Positions 23,232-36,270 of a stretch of DNA of 64,000 nt are shown in pieces (the stretch's first letter is position 1; each line of letters begins with the position of its first letter). The translations under genes were made by a program, and so were the position numbers. The notes beneath the pieces were generated by a model. It was not told where the DNA came from and made no database searches. It worked only from the letters and a program-made list of their open reading frames with translations. This DNA is from an uncultured delta proteobacterium. GTDB lineage: Bacteria; Bdellovibrionota; FAC87; UBA2466. The stretch covers positions 1 to 64,000 of the forward strand of contig CAVZSV010000005.1 of assembly GCA_963778115.1 (NCBI GenBank), written 5' to 3'.

Positions 23232-23594
23232 TCAAAACATATTCAGCGAAAGACGCGCGTCTTCGCTCATCCGGCTCGGATCCCATGGCGGATCCCAAAC
23301 CGTTTCCACCGTCACATCCCCGGCGCCATCGAGTTCGGCGATGGCGCTGCGAACCATCTCCGGCAGTTCCTGCGCGGAGGGGCAGCCCGGCGCCGTCAGG
23401 GTCATCTCGACCTTCACATCGCCGCTCGGCGCGATCTCGATCGCGTAGATCAAACCAAGCTCGTAGATATTCACCGGAATTTCCGGATCGAACACCGTGC
23501 AGATGGCGCCGATCACGGCATCTTCGGTCAACAAGGCCTTGGTCTCGCCCTCAGGGGTCCAGCTTGTTGTCGGGACCATTTTCTGGTCATCCAT
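23232..23594 (-). CDS. sufT: SUF-associated DUF59 protein
   Basis: DPEIPVNIYELGLIY, MTLTAPGCP, WDPPW. Confidence 0.88.
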   Translation of the reverse strand: MDDQKMVPTTSWTPEGETKALLTEDAVIGAICTVFDPEIPVNIYELGLIYAIEIAPSGDVKVEMTLTAPGCPSAQELPEMVRSAIAELDGAGDVTVETVWDPPWDPSRMSEDARLSLNMF

Positions 23595-24009
23595 GTTGAA
23601 AATCCTTTTCCATCGCCTCGCCCAAGGCCGACCAGGGCAGCGTGGCGCAGCGAATGCGCGAACGATATTCCGACACACCGGCCAGCGCGTTGAGATTGCC
23701 CAATTCCGCATTCGCCTGGCCGGTCGTAACCACCGCCTCGAAAGCTTTCCGCATCTCCGTAATTTCCGCCACCGTTTTCCCCGCCACCGCTTCCGCCATT
23801 AAATCAGCGCTCGCGGTCATGATAGCACAGCCGCGCGATTCATGGGCAACCTGTGCGCCATCCCGCTTGAGGAACACATGCAGGTGGTCGCCGCACATCG
23901 GGTTCTCGCCCGTGCTCTCGGCATCGAAAACTTCCAGCCGGCCGGAGAAGCGCGGATTTTTGCTCCGGTCCATGATGAGCACCTGATAAAGCTCGGCGGT
24001 GTTGGACAT
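23587..24009 (-). CDS. sufU: SufU/NifU-N-like Fe-S protein
   Basis: ENPMCGD, GCAIMTASA, RIRCATLPW. Confidence 0.85.
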   Translation of the reverse strand: MSNTAELYQVLIMDRSKNPRFSGRLEVFDAESTGENPMCGDHLHVFLKRDGAQVAHESRGCAIMTASADLMAEAVAGKTVAEITEMRKAFEAVVTTGQANAELGNLNALAGVSEYRSRIRCATLPWSALGEAMEKDFQHG

Positions 24010-25253
24010 CAGGCGAAAATCCGTTTGATGCGATCCAGTCCGGCGGCAAGCGCGTCGATTTCCGCCTTGGTCGTGTACAGCGCGAAGGAGGCGCGCGCCG
24101 TGCTGGTCACGCCGAGGCGGCCCATCAGCGGTTCCGCGCAATGATGCCCGGCGCGCACCGCAATGCCCTGGCGGTCCAGCAAGGTTGCGATGTCATGCGC
24201 ATGCGCATCGCGCATCGTGAACGAAATCACCCCGCCGCGATCCTGCGCGGTGCCGAGGATTTTTAAGCCCTCTATGGTCGATAAGGCCGACAGCGCATGG
24301 TCGGTCAGCTCGCGCTCATGCGCCGAGATCGCGTCAAAGCCGATCGCCTGAACGTAATCGATCGCAGCGCCCAGGCCGATCGTCTCGATAATCGCCGGCG
24401 TGCCCGCCTCGAAGCGGTGCGGCGGTTTCGCCCAGGTGGAACGTGCATAGGACACGCTGGCGATCATATCGCCGCCGCCCAGGAAAGGCGGCATGTCATC
24501 GAGCAATTCGCGCTTGGCGTACAGCACGCCAATGCCGGAGGGGCCGTAGAGCTTATGGCCCGAAAATACATAGAAATCCGCATCGATCGCCTGCACGTCG
24601 ACACGACGATGCACCACCGCCTGCGAGCCATCGAGCAGAATTTTGGCGCCGCGTTCATGCGCGAAAGCTGCCAGGCGCTCGGCCGGCGTGTAGGTGCCGA
24701 GCACGTTGGACATATGCGTGATCGCCAGCAATTTCACCTTGCCGTCAGCGAATTGCGCTTCCAGCGAGTCAAAATCGATCTCGCCGGAATCGGTGATTTT
24801 TGCAATCCGCAATTCCACCCCATGCGCGTCGCGCAGCATCTGCCAGGGCACGAGATTGGCGTGGTGCTCCATCTCGGAAACCACGATCGCGTCCCCCGGC
24901 TGCAACGCGGTGCGGCCATAGGTGTAGGCCACCAGATTGATGGATTCCGTGGCGTTGCGCGTGAAGATAATTTCCTCACGCGCGGCGGCATTCAGGAATG
25001 CCGCGGTCTTATCGCGCACGGCCTCATAAGCGTCGGACGTCCGTTCGGACATCCAGTGCAAACCCCGATGCACATTGGCGTATTGTGCCTCCATCACATG
25101 CACCATGGCGTCGATCACCACGCGCGGCTTCTGGGCGGAAGCCGCGGAGTCCAGGAACACCAGGTCCTTACCGTGGACCTGTTGCGCCAGGATCGGAAAA
25201 TCCTTGCGGATTTGCGTCAGATCGAAAGCCGGGATTTGCACCGCAGCGCTCAT
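24009..25253 (-). CDS. sufS: Cysteine desulfurase
   Basis: DSAASAQKP, SGHKLYGP, RAGHHCA. Confidence 0.96.
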   Translation of the reverse strand: MSAAVQIPAFDLTQIRKDFPILAQQVHGKDLVFLDSAASAQKPRVVIDAMVHVMEAQYANVHRGLHWMSERTSDAYEAVRDKTAAFLNAAAREEIIFTRNATESINLVAYTYGRTALQPGDAIVVSEMEHHANLVPWQMLRDAHGVELRIAKITDSGEIDFDSLEAQFADGKVKLLAITHMSNVLGTYTPAERLAAFAHERGAKILLDGSQAVVHRRVDVQAIDADFYVFSGHKLYGPSGIGVLYAKRELLDDMPPFLGGGDMIASVSYARSTWAKPPHRFEAGTPAIIETIGLGAAIDYVQAIGFDAISAHERELTDHALSALSTIEGLKILGTAQDRGGVISFTMRDAHAHDIATLLDRQGIAVRAGHHCAEPLMGRLGVTSTARASFALYTTKAEIDALAAGLDRIKRIFA

Positions 25254-26350
25254 TTTGTCAGCCACCATGTTTCAATTGCGGCCTCGAACATCGCCCGCGC
25301 CGTGTCATCGATGACCGGTTCCAGCGCTTCCGTCAGGAAGGCGCGGATCAGGATCGCCCGTGCCTCATCCTCAGGAATGCCGCGGCTGCGCAGATAGAAA
25401 ATCTGCTCAGGATCGAGCGCACCGATGGTCGCACCATGGCTGCATTTCACGTCATCGGCGAAAATCTGCAGTTCCGGCTTGATATCGATTTCCGCACCCG
25501 GCGAGAGCAGCAAGGCCTGGTTCATCTGATAGCCGTCGGTCTTCTGCGCGATCTGGTCGACCTCGATCCGCCCCTGGAAGACGCCGCGCGCGGTATCCGA
25601 CAGAACGGATTTCACGGTCTGGCGTGAGCCGCAATTCGGCGCCTGGTGGTTCACCACGGAGGTGAAATCGCCATGCTGCGTGCCGCCCAGAAGCTGCGCC
25701 GCGTTCAGATGCGTGCTGGCCTGCGAGCCTGCAAGTGCTGCATGGATTTCGGTGCGTGAAATCCGCGAACCGATCGTTGCCGTGAAGCTCTCATAGGCCG
25801 CGTTCTCGGCGATTTTCGCGCGGATCGTGGCAAGGTGGAAAGCCTCCTTGCTCTCATTCTGCAGGCGGTAATGCGCCAGCACAGCGCCTTCTGCCAGTGT
25901 GATGTCCGTCACCGGATTATGCCAGTACACGCCTTCACCTTTGGCGATCTCGATCACCGTGAGCTTGGCACCCGCACCGAGCGTGATGCGGTGGCGCGGA
26001 TGGAATGCAACCGGGTTTTCACCGCCGGCATAGGAGACCAGCAGCACCGAACCGGCATCGACACCCGCGGGGATATCGAGCGTGATGCCATCCCGCGCGT
26101 TCTCGGCATTGATCAGCGCGAGCGGCTGCGTGCCGCCCTCCGCGACCGTTGCGAAGGGTTGCAGATAGGCCAGCTCCGAGGACAGCGCTTTATCAAAAAC
26201 GCCATTCAGGAAAACCAGCCGGGGGATGCCCAGATCCGGCAGGTCCGCCGGGACGGGCGGACGCACCGTCTCGGCAAAACTAATGCCGGCGAGCGGCCGA
26301 AGATCCGTATAACGGAATGCTTCGAGCTTGCGTGTAGGAAGGGCGGTCAT
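25250..26350 (-). CDS. sufD: Fe-S assembly protein SufD
   Basis: AQKTDGYQ, KPELQIFADDVKCSHGAT, YLRSRGI. Confidence 0.93.
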   Translation of the reverse strand: MTALPTRKLEAFRYTDLRPLAGISFAETVRPPVPADLPDLGIPRLVFLNGVFDKALSSELAYLQPFATVAEGGTQPLALINAENARDGITLDIPAGVDAGSVLLVSYAGGENPVAFHPRHRITLGAGAKLTVIEIAKGEGVYWHNPVTDITLAEGAVLAHYRLQNESKEAFHLATIRAKIAENAAYESFTATIGSRISRTEIHAALAGSQASTHLNAAQLLGGTQHGDFTSVVNHQAPNCGSRQTVKSVLSDTARGVFQGRIEVDQIAQKTDGYQMNQALLLSPGAEIDIKPELQIFADDVKCSHGATIGALDPEQIFYLRSRGIPEDEARAILIRAFLTEALEPVIDDTARAMFEAAIETWWLTK

Positions 26351-26353
26351 GGT

Positions 26354-27098
26354 TTAAGCGGCTTCCAGCCCGGTATAGCCACGCGCTTCCAGTTCCAGCG
26401 CCAGCTCAGGCCCGCCCGAGCGCACAATCCGGCCTGCTGCCAGCACATGCACCCGGTCCGGCACGATGTGCTCGAGCAGGCGCTGGTAATGCGTGATCAC
26501 CAGCGCAGAGAAGTTCGGGCTGCGCAGCGCGTTCACGCCATCGGCAACGATTTTCAGCGCGTCGATATCCAGGCCCGGAATCCGTCTCGTCCAGGATCGC
26601 AAGGCCCGGCTGCAACAATGCCATCTGCAGCACTTCGTTGCGCTTCTTCTCGCCGCCGGAGAACCCGACATTGACGTTACGCTTGAGCATATCGTCCTGC
26701 ATCGAGAGCGATTTGATCGCCGCGCGGGCCTGCTTCAGAAAGGCCACGGCATCGAGCTCCTCCTCGCCGCGCGCGCGGCGCACCGCGTTCAGCGCCGTGC
26801 GGATGAAATTCGCATTGCCCACGCCGGGCAGTTCCACCGGGTATTGGAAGGCGAGGAAGATGCCCGCAGCGGCGCGCTCTTCCGGTTCCATCGCCAGAAT
26901 ATCCTGGCCGTTATAAATCACTTCGCCGCCGGTAACCTCATAGCCCTCACGGCCGGAGAGCACGTAGGAAAGCGTGGATTTGCCCGCGCCGTTCGGGCCC
27001 ATGATGGCGTGGATTTCGCCATCCGGCACAACCAGATTCACCCCGCACAGGATTTCCTTATCCTCAATGCGGGCCGTCAAATTTTTAATCTCAAACAT
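26354..27098 (-). CDS. sufC: Fe-S assembly ATPase SufC (frameshift near 26575)
   Basis: [24 protein letters not shown] then LDIDAL...ITHYQRLL in the next frame. Confidence 0.93.
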
Positions 27099-27103
27099 AA
27101 TAC

Positions 27104-28557
27104 TTAACCTACTGAGCCTTCCAGAGAGACCGCCAGAAGTTTCTGCGCTTCAACGGCAAATTCCATCGGCAATTCTTTCAAAACATCCTTGCAGAAACCA
27201 TTCACGATCAACCCGACCGCGTCTTCCTCGGACAGACCGCGCGAGCGGCAATAGAACAACTGGTCTTCTGCGATTTTCGACGTCGTCGCCTCATGCTCCA
27301 CTTTCGCGGAGGGGTTGCGGCTTTCGATATAGGGCACCGTATGCGCGCCGCACTGATCGCCGATCAGCAGCGAATCACATTGCGTGAAATTGCGCGCGCC
27401 CGAGGCGCCCGGCATGATTTTCACCAGCCCGCGATAGGTATTGTTCGAATGCCCGGCCGAAATGCCCTTGGAGATGATCGTCGAGGTCGTGTTCTTGCCG
27501 ATATGGATCATCTTCGTCCCGGTATCGGCCTGCTGATGGTTATGCGTCAGCGCCACGGAATAGAACTCACCCACCGAGCCATCGCCCTGCAGGATGCAGG
27601 ACGGGTATTTCCAGGTAATCGCCGAGCCGGTTTCCACCTGCGTCCAGGAAATTTTCGAATTCCGGCCCCGGCACGCGCCGCGCTTGGTGACAAAATTATA
27701 GATGCCGCCTTTGCCTTCGGCATCGCCCGGGATACCAGTTCTGCACGGTGGAATATTTGATCTTGGCGTCATCCAGCGCCACGAGTTCCACCACCGCGGC
27801 ATGCAGCTGGTTCTCATCGCGCATCGGCGCGGTGCAGCCTTCCAGATAGGAGACGCTCGCACCTTCCTCGGCAATGATCAGCGTGCGTTCGAACTGTCCG
27901 GTATTGCGCGCATTGATGCGGAAATAGGTGGAAAGCTCCATCGGGCAGCGCACGCCCTTGGGGATGAACACGAAGCTGCCATCGGAGAACACCGCCGAGT
28001 TCAGCGCCGCGAAGAAATTATCGCCCACCGGCACCACGCTGCCGAGATATTTCTGCACCAGCTCGGGATGCTCGCGCACCGCCTCGGAAATCGGGCAGAA
28101 AATCACGCCGGATTTCGACAGGGTTTCGCGGAAGGTCGTCGCCACGGAAACAGAGTCGAACACCGCATCCACCGCAACGCCGGCCAAGGCCGCGCGCTCG
28201 TTCAGCGGAATGCCGAGCTTCTCATACATGTTGAGCAGGTCGGGATCGACCTCTTCCAGCGATTTCGGCGCCGGGCCGGAGGGTGCCGCGTAATAATACA
28301 GATCATCGTAATTAATGGCGGGATACTTCACCCGCGCCCAATTCGGCTCTTCCATGTTGCGCCAGGTGGCATAGGCTTTCAGCCGCCAGGCGAGCATCCA
28401 TTCCGGCTCGCTCTTTCTTCTCCGAAATCAGCCGCACGATGTCCTCATTCAGCCCTTTCGGGAACTCTTCCATCGCGATATCGGTGGTAAACCCATATTT
28501 GTACTTGGCCGCGGCCAGCGCCTCAACAGTATCGCGGGTTTCAGCAATAGCAGGCAT
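27104..28557 (-). CDS. sufB: Fe-S assembly protein SufB (frameshifts near 28410 and 27730)
   Basis: [52 protein letters not shown]. Confidence 0.95.
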
Positions 28558-29009
28558 CAGGCAACCTCATTAAAGGATTCAGAGACAGGTACACGGAAGG
28601 CGCGCGGTATTCCGGCTTTCGCCATATCCGCCAGAGTAATTCGGGTCAGCGCATCACGGATCGCATCGTTGACCGGGTCCCAGCGGCCGGCGACCGGGCA
28701 GAGCGACTGGCTCTCGCAGCCCATCCCGCCATCCACGCAGGAGGTCAGCGCGATCGGCCCATCGATGGCCACGATCACCTCGGCCACCGCGATCTGCTCA
28801 AGCGGCCGGCTCAGCCGGTAGCCGCCATGCGCGCCGCGCGTGGAGATCACCAGCCCGTGGCTGGCCAGAGCTTTGAGCACCTTCGCGACCGTGGGCTCGG
28901 GAATCCCAATGGCAGCCGAAATCCCCGGCGAGGTCGCAACACCTTCCGCCGCACTCAGGCGCACCAGTGCCACCACGGCATAATCGGTCAAACGGGACAG
29001 TTTTAACAT
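28557..29009 (-). CDS. Rrf2-family SUF regulator
   Basis: [27 protein letters not shown]; first gene of the suf operon. Confidence 0.9.
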   Translation of the reverse strand: MLKLSRLTDYAVVALVRLSAAEGVATSPGISAAIGIPEPTVAKVLKALASHGLVISTRGAHGGYRLSRPLEQIAVAEVIVAIDGPIALTSCVDGGMGCESQSLCPVAGRWDPVNDAIRDALTRITLADMAKAGIPRAFRVPVSESFNEVA

Positions 29010-29071
29010 GTGCGCTCCGATAGTGGACCATAACAGTCCTGATTACCAGATGGGCCATCGCACACGACTCG

Positions 29072-29700
29072 TCAACCCATTTGGGCGATCAATCCGGGCA
29101 GTTCGGATGGTGAATCGGCAGCATGGCTGCCTTGCGCGCGGCCATAACCCCAGGTGACGAAAATGCTCGGCACCCCCAACCCGGCGGCGGCATTGATATC
29201 GTTGGGATGATCGCCGATCATCACCGCCTTTTCAATCCCCATTGCCGCCAATGTCGCCCCCAGATGCCTCGGGTCAGGTTTGCGGTAGGGTGTGGAATCT
29301 CCCCCGGTAATCACCGAGAAAAAGCGCTCCAGGCCGAGCTCGGCCAGAACGCGGCGTGCGGCGCGTTCCGGCTTGTTGGTGCACACGCCCATCGGGTGCC
29401 GGGCCGCCTGCAAGGCCTCCAGCGCCTCGACAATTCCCGGATAGGGCGCCGTGTCCACCACGGCATTGGCACTGTAATCCTCCAAAAACGCCGCCAGATC
29501 CGCCTCCCCGGCAACGCTCCCGCGCGCGGCGAAGGCCCGTTCCACCAGCGCCTTCGCGCCATCGCCGATCATCGGCCTGATATCCGCCCGGCTCAGTACC
29601 GCAAGGCCGCGCGCCACCAGCACCCGGTTGAGTGCTGCCAGGATGTCAGGGTCTGGAGTTCGATTAATGTGCCGTCCAGATCAAAGATAACCGCGCGCAT
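29072..29700 (-). CDS. gph: HAD hydrolase, phosphoglycolate phosphatase-like (frameshift near 29655)
   Basis: IFDLDGTL, CTNKP, KPDP, MIGD. Confidence 0.8.
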
Positions 29701-29794
29701 GAAACACTCCGCCATATTATTTGATTTTACAGGGCTTTGACACGGAGCGATGGTGGACGCTACCGGCGTTGCGCAGATATGAGGGGTGCAAAAA

Positions 29795-31619
<1,825 letters not shown>

Positions 31620-31628
31620 CGGTTCGGG

Positions 31629-31877
31629 TTAGCGGCGCGCGAGAAAGCCGGCGAGGAATGCAACGCCGGCGGCGAGCGCCAACGCCGTTAACGGCTGTTG
31701 CGTGACATTTTCTCGTAATTCATCCGCCGCTGCGCCAAAGGTCTTTTGCGCCTGGCCTGCCGCCTGGTTCCACTTGCCCTTCGCCTGGGTCGCGGTATCG
31801 CCCGTCAATCCGCCGAGCGCATCCTGCACCTTGCCGCCGATATCGCGTGCCGTGCCTTCGAATTCATTTTCATCCAT
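31629..31877 (-). CDS. CsbD-family protein
   Basis: GKVQDALGGLTGD...QAKGK, C-terminal hydrophobic helix; GGAG RBS. Confidence 0.8.
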   Translation of the reverse strand: MDENEFEGTARDIGGKVQDALGGLTGDTATQAKGKWNQAAGQAQKTFGAAADELRENVTQQPLTALALAAGVAFLAGFLARR

Positions 31878-32016
31878 TATGCTCTCCTGATCTGATCTGG
31901 GGGAGCAATGGATCTAGGGGCGGACAACCGCGTTGCTAAGTGCGCGTTCGCCTGATTTCACTTTGTTCATCAAACGCAAGGATAGCGGGCGGATTGCCCG
32001 CTTTTCCCCGTCCGGA

Positions 32017-33000
32017 TCAGGCGGATTTCCCCATCTCATCTTCCATATAGATGCGGATAATATCGTCGAAGGATTTATCGCCCACAAAACCCAGCGCCTC
32101 TGCGCGGCGCGGTGCAAAGGCCTTGGCCCAGCCGCTGACGATCCGTTCAATGACCGGGTCCGGCGCGCGGCGGATCAGGCGGACGGCGTCAGAGCCCGCA
32201 ATCCGCTCTAACGCCGCGATCTCTTCCGCGACGGTGACAGAGAGCCCCGGCAGATTGATATTGCGCCGTGCGCCGAGCGGGGCGAGGTCGATGGACGCTG
32301 CGTGGCTCAATGCGCCGACCGCGGCGCGCGGGCTGGCAAACCAGTGTCGCACGGAATCCGCCACCGGCAGCACCGCTTCGACCCCGTTTAGCGGCTCGCG
32401 AATGATGCCTGAGAAAAAGCCGGACGCCGCGAGGTTGGGCTTGCCGGGGCGGACGCAGATGGTCGGCAGGCGGAGGCCGATCCCATCCATGAAACCACGC
32501 CGCGTGTAATCCGCCAGCAGCAACTCGCCCATCGCCTTTTGCGCGCCGTAGCTGGTCAGCGGCGTCGTCACGAAATCATCGTCGATGACATCCGGGAACG
32601 GCGCTCCGAAGACGGCAATCGACGAGGTGAAGACGACACGCGGGCAATAGGAAGAATGCGCATGTTCCAGCCGGATCGCCTCGAACAGGTGGCGCGTGCC
32701 GTCCAGGTTGATGCTGTAGCCTTTCTCGAAATTCGCTTCCGCCTCGCCTGAAACAATCGCGGCGAGATGGAAGATGACATCCGGCCGCTCGCTGACGGCG
32801 CGCTTTGCGGTATCGGGGAGCGCGATATTCGCGGCGTAGCGATTAACCCGTCCAGTAAATCCTTCGGGTGCACCGGGCTCGATGACGTCGATCAGCGTCA
32901 GCGCATCGATGGTCTTCTCACCGAGAGAACCCGTATTCGTGAGCGAGGCGATCAGTTTGCGGCCAATCATGCCCGCTGCGCCGAGGATTAACACATGCAT
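32017..33000 (-). CDS. denD: D-erythronate dehydrogenase
   Basis: GAAGMIG, HLAAIVSGEAE, SYGAQK, RPGKPNLAASGFFS; adjacent to otnK. Confidence 0.85.
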   Translation of the reverse strand: MHVLILGAAGMIGRKLIASLTNTGSLGEKTIDALTLIDVIEPGAPEGFTGRVNRYAANIALPDTAKRAVSERPDVIFHLAAIVSGEAEANFEKGYSINLDGTRHLFEAIRLEHAHSSYCPRVVFTSSIAVFGAPFPDVIDDDFVTTPLTSYGAQKAMGELLLADYTRRGFMDGIGLRLPTICVRPGKPNLAASGFFSGIIREPLNGVEAVLPVADSVRHWFASPRAAVGALSHAASIDLAPLGARRNINLPGLSVTVAEEIAALERIAGSDAVRLIRRAPDPVIERIVSGWAKAFAPRRAEALGFVGDKSFDDIIRIYMEDEMGKSA

Positions 33001-33025
33001 GTTCTTGAACTTTCCTGATTGCTTT

Positions 33026-34300
33026 TTATTGCATCATGCCGAGCGCGCGCGCGAAGAAATCCCTGCCCCCGAAATTGCCCGACTTTAAAGCGAGCAGCAT
33101 GGCGCGCGCATCTCCGGCGCTGCGTAATACGGGCACACCGGGCGCGATTTCCGGGCCGACCTGGAACGCCTTGATGCCGAGCCGATCCACAATCGCGCCG
33201 GAGGTTTCACCGCCCGCGACGATCAGGCGCCGGACACCGTGTTCAACCAGGCCTTCGCCGATTTCCGCGAGGCAATGCTCGATCCGGGCGCTGACATGGT
33301 TGGGCTTATGTTGCGCCTGCAACGCGGCCACGACTTCCGGCGTTGCGCTGCTGGCGATCAATACCGGGCCGCTTCCAAGTTTTTCGCTCGCCCAGTTCAG
33401 CGCATCGATGGCGACGGGCTCGCCCGCCAACAGTCGTGTGACATCCAGCCGCAAAACAGGCATCGTGTTTTCGGCAACACGTATCTGCTCCAACGTCGCC
33501 TGAGAGCAACTGCCGGCAAGAATCGCAACCTTTCCGCCGACTTCCAGTTCGGACGCGGCGGGCACCTGCCGCATTGTGCAGTGCTTCGCCGCGATCAACG
33601 CCCTGGCAAGGCCCAGGCCGAGGCCGGACGCACCGACAGAGATGGGATTTTGCAGCGCCGCAGCGCCGATCGCCTGCAAATGCCGGTCCAGAATGGTATC
33701 GACAATCGCAGCACCTTTGCCTTCTTCCGCGAGTTGCCCCATGGCCTGCTGAACTGCCGCCTCGCCCGCTTCAACCGTCGCAAAAGGAATGAGCCCCACC
33801 GGATGCGCGCTCTGGCGTGCCAGCACGCGCACCAAATTCGAATCACGCATCGGGTTGAGCGGATGGTCCTTCAGCGGGCTTTCGTTCAGCGGCACGGAGC
33901 CGACGAAGAGATTGCCGAGATAAACCGTCCGTCCGGTTTCCGGGAAGGCCGGCGTGACCACCACCGGCCCGCTGCCGGCATCCGCGCGCAGCGCATCCAT
34001 AACCTGGCCGATATTTCCTTGATCGGTTAAGTTGAAGGTGGAGCATATTTTGAACAAAACATGCCGCGCGCCCTGCTTGCGCAGCCAATCCGCCGCCTTG
34101 CGCGATAGGGCGACGGCGTCCTCCGCCGGAATCGAGCGGCTCTTTAACGCGACAACAATCGCATCGGCATCGATAAAATCAAGCTCGGGGCCTGGAACAC
34201 CGATGGTCTGCACCGTGCGCAACCCCGCGCGTGCGAGCGTGTTGGCAAGGTCCGATGCACCCGTATAATCATCCGCGACGGAACCAAGAACCAGTGTCAT
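33026..34300 (-). CDS. otnK: 3-oxo-tetronate kinase (DUF1537)
   Basis: ADDYTGASD, KICSTF, GNIG, GSCS, AGGETSG, LKSGNFG. Confidence 0.9.
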   Translation of the reverse strand: MTLVLGSVADDYTGASDLANTLARAGLRTVQTIGVPGPELDFIDADAIVVALKSRSIPAEDAVALSRKAADWLRKQGARHVLFKICSTFNLTDQGNIGQVMDALRADAGSGPVVVTPAFPETGRTVYLGNLFVGSVPLNESPLKDHPLNPMRDSNLVRVLARQSAHPVGLIPFATVEAGEAAVQQAMGQLAEEGKGAAIVDTILDRHLQAIGAAALQNPISVGASGLGLGLARALIAAKHCTMRQVPAASELEVGGKVAILAGSCSQATLEQIRVAENTMPVLRLDVTRLLAGEPVAIDALNWASEKLGSGPVLIASSATPEVVAALQAQHKPNHVSARIEHCLAEIGEGLVEHGVRRLIVAGGETSGAIVDRLGIKAFQVGPEIAPGVPVLRSAGDARAMLLALKSGNFGGRDFFARALGMMQ

Positions 34301-35094
34301 GCGCTGCGTCCGCGATAGGGTTTAAACCAGCCCAAACCCTCAAGGGTTTTGCCGCGCGGCCGGTATTCGCAGCCGATATACCCCGCATAGCCCAACCGTT
34401 CCAGCTCCTCGAAAAGGAATGGATAGTTCAACTCCTCAACATCCGGTTCATTTCGCGACGGCACACTGGCAATCTGCACATGGCCGATAATGTCCCTGTA
34501 TTTGCGCAACCGCGTCGTCACATCGCCATGGATGATCTGGCAATGATAAATATCGAACTGCAATTTCAGATTCGGCAGCGCCAGATCGGTGATCAGTGCG
34601 GCTGCGGTATCGACATTGTTCAGGAAATATCCTGGCATATCACGCGAATTTATCGGTTCCAGCACGAGATCGATCTGTTCGGCGCCAAGCACCTCCGCCA
34701 CGTGCCGCACGGCGGTTTTATAACGGGCCATTGCGTTCGGATCGTCCGCCTGGGCGATCCCAGCCATCAGATGCAGGCGCCTGGCACCGGTCATCTGCGC
34801 ATAATACACTGCCTGCTCGAGTGCGGCCTCCAACTCCGTCTCCCGCCCGGGCAATGCCGCCAGGCCACGCTCGCCGGCGGCAAAGTCGCCAGGATATATA
34901 TTGAACAATGCCTGGGTGAGTTGATGGCGCTCCAACAGATTGGCGATTTCATCCGCACCGTGGTCGTAGGGAAATAAATACTCAACGGCGGTAAAGCCCG
35001 CATCGGCGGCGGCCGCAAAGCGGTCCAGAAAACTCCACTCATTGAACATAAACGATAGATTGGCCGCGAAATTAAGCACGTTTGTTTGCTCCAT
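34297..35094 (-). CDS. otnI: 2-oxo-tetronate / hydroxypyruvate isomerase
   Basis: FAANLSFMF, EPIN, FDIYHCQ, GHVQIA, GCEY; otn context. Confidence 0.82.
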   Translation of the reverse strand: MEQTNVLNFAANLSFMFNEWSFLDRFAAAADAGFTAVEYLFPYDHGADEIANLLERHQLTQALFNIYPGDFAAGERGLAALPGRETELEAALEQAVYYAQMTGARRLHLMAGIAQADDPNAMARYKTAVRHVAEVLGAEQIDLVLEPINSRDMPGYFLNNVDTAAALITDLALPNLKLQFDIYHCQIIHGDVTTRLRKYRDIIGHVQIASVPSRNEPDVEELNYPFLFEELERLGYAGYIGCEYRPRGKTLEGLGWFKPYRGRSA

Positions 35095-35216
35095 CTTGTT
35101 ATAGGCGTGCGGACGTATCGCCGTCATTGTCAAAGAAATTAGAACAGCGCTATCCTGTCCGCAAGGTGGGCGCACTGATATGATAATGCCCGCCATTTAT
35201 GCCCGGAGACAGCGCC

Positions 35217-35909
35217 GTGACCGATTCAGAGGAAACAAAACTACGCGAGAGTATCTGCCGCTATGGCCGGTCTTTGTTCGAGCGCGGGCTAACACCGGGA
35301 TCTTCCGGCAATATCAGCCTGAGGCTGGACGACGGCGGATGGCTGGTCACGCCGACCAATGCATCCCTCGGATTTCTCGATCCGGCGACGCTCTCCAGGC
35401 TCGATGCGAACGGAAGGTTGTTGCACGGCAATGCGCCGACCAAGGAGATCCCCCTGCACAGCGCCTTGTATAAATCACGGCAAAGCGCGCGCGCGATCGT
35501 GCATCTTCATTCCACGCATTCGGTCGCCGTCTCGATGTTGCCGGGCATTGATCCAAAAGCCGTGTTACCTCCCCTCACCCCGTACTACCTGATGCGCGTG
35601 GGCAATACTGCTTTGGTGCCGTATTATCGGCCGGGTGACCCCGCCGTGGCCGATGCCATTCGCGGCCTTGCCGGAAAGCACGCCGCGGTGTTGCTCGCCA
35701 ATCACGGGCCGGTCGTTGCGGGAACATCCCTGGAAGCCGCCGTTTTCGCAACCGAGGAGCTGGAGGAGACCGCGAAGCTCTATTTGCTCCTGCGCAACCT
35801 CAACCCGCGAACGTTATCGCCGGGCCAGATCGCCGATCTCGCGGCGACCTTCAAACTGAACGATCTGATGCACGGGGATGAAGATGCGGCCGAGCACACG
35901 CATGGCTAA
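35217..35909 (+). CDS. otnC: 3-oxo-tetronate 4-phosphate decarboxylase (class II aldolase fold)
   Basis: GSSGNIS, PTKEIPLH, HLHSTH, LANHGPV, EELEETAKL. Confidence 0.87.
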   Translation: MTDSEETKLRESICRYGRSLFERGLTPGSSGNISLRLDDGGWLVTPTNASLGFLDPATLSRLDANGRLLHGNAPTKEIPLHSALYKSRQSARAIVHLHSTHSVAVSMLPGIDPKAVLPPLTPYYLMRVGNTALVPYYRPGDPAVADAIRGLAGKHAAVLLANHGPVVAGTSLEAAVFATEELEETAKLYLLLRNLNPRTLSPGQIADLAATFKLNDLMHGDEDAAEHTHG

Positions 35910-36270
35910 TCCCCTGCTCGCTTTGCGAAGCGGTTGATTACTGAAATTTAACAAAAAGAATACATGGTTTATTATCTTTTTCTTGTCGCACCGCGTAACC
36001 CGGTGTAGCCTAAGGTTGAATAAGCAGGCTACATTACCAAACTACATTACAGCATATCGCATAAGATTTAAGTCCGTTTGATCATTCGTTGCTTTTATCT
36101 CAGAGCTACAGGCTGCTGAATATTTAAGAATACCCAGCCCGATAATGGGCTGCCTTTTGAGGTCTAAACCGGAAGTTTGTCGGCCTCCGCATAAATCATG
36201 TTCGCGGATCCATTTTGCCGTTCCGAGATTTTTATCGATTTGAAGCGAATTTATATTTGGAGAAATTTGA

